From IMG/VR virus record IMGVR_UViG_3300024312_000003, positions 1 through 64,000 of that record: 64,000 bases of DNA; one strand, 5' to 3'. Positions 63,893 to 64,000 of this stretch are shown here, piece after piece. Source of the stretch: a virus. How positions within the stretch are numbered: position 1 is the stretch's first letter; every line of letters starts with the position of its first letter. A program made the position numbers and the translations under genes. A model generated the notes under the pieces. It was not told the DNA's origin. It saw only the letters and a program-made list of their open reading frames with translations, and ran no database searches.

Positions 63893-64000
63893 TTAGATCA
63901 CGATGTCTTCAGCAAGAACAGGCGCTGGAAAATACTCCATGTAGTTCTTGCCGAGTTTCTCCCAGACCATGTTGATCTTCATCTCCAACTCTTCGATTGT
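63893..64000 (-). CDS. 3' end of a hypothetical protein (partial)
   Basis: Open frame TIEELEMKINMVWEKLGKNYMEYFPAPVLAEDIVI* running off the window edge. Confidence 0.6.
   Translation of the reverse strand, partial: TIEELEMKINMVWEKLGKNYMEYFPAPVLAEDIVI

Noticed and set aside
1-64000. tRNA, rRNA, introns, inteins, reverse transcriptase/DGR, stop-codon reassignment
   Set aside because: Intergenic gaps are short and show no cloverleaf or T-loop motifs; DnaB, UvsX and the RNAP subunits have ordinary lengths with no intein motifs; all genes read intact in the standard code. This was by eye only; tRNAscan/Infernal would be decisive.

Overview
The window is 64 kb of an AT-rich, phiKZ-like jumbo myophage genome (Chimalliviridae-type core blocks). 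Recognisable genes include: split virion RNA polymerase subunits (the beta-prime N-terminus at 1-303, missed by the ORF track, and a beta C-terminal subunit); a gp181-like tail protein with a lytic transglycosylase domain; UvsX/RecA, RNase H, SbcC, RuvC and DnaB; tail-fibre, adhesin and depolymerase genes; lysis-type membrane genes; portal; a non-virion RNAP beta subunit; and the major capsid protein. A minus-strand early/accessory cluster runs from 55.4 to 64 kb. Two ORF-track strands are wrong: SbcC (24625-27114) and portal (38956-41793) read on the + strand. Several track starts are over-extended and were trimmed. I saw no tRNA, rRNA, CRISPR array, intein or transposase. No chimallin or tubulin gene is in the window, so nucleus formation is not shown here. 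phiKZ gp numbers are recalled from memory, using motifs and gene order, not from a search. The best leads are: (1) one 32-bp perfect palindrome filling 6 of the 8 convergent gene junctions; (2) a possible ADP-ribose write/erase/sense set (NADAR-like, YspA-SLOG and ART-like genes); (3) early genes and the capsid gene avoid TTA/CTA/TCA codons, unlike most structural genes; (4) two spanin-like pairs, one lacking its lipobox Cys; (5) a GH28-like depolymerase with no N-terminal anchor; (6) a prion-like low-complexity protein next to the nvRNAP subunit and a sigma-region-4-like early protein.
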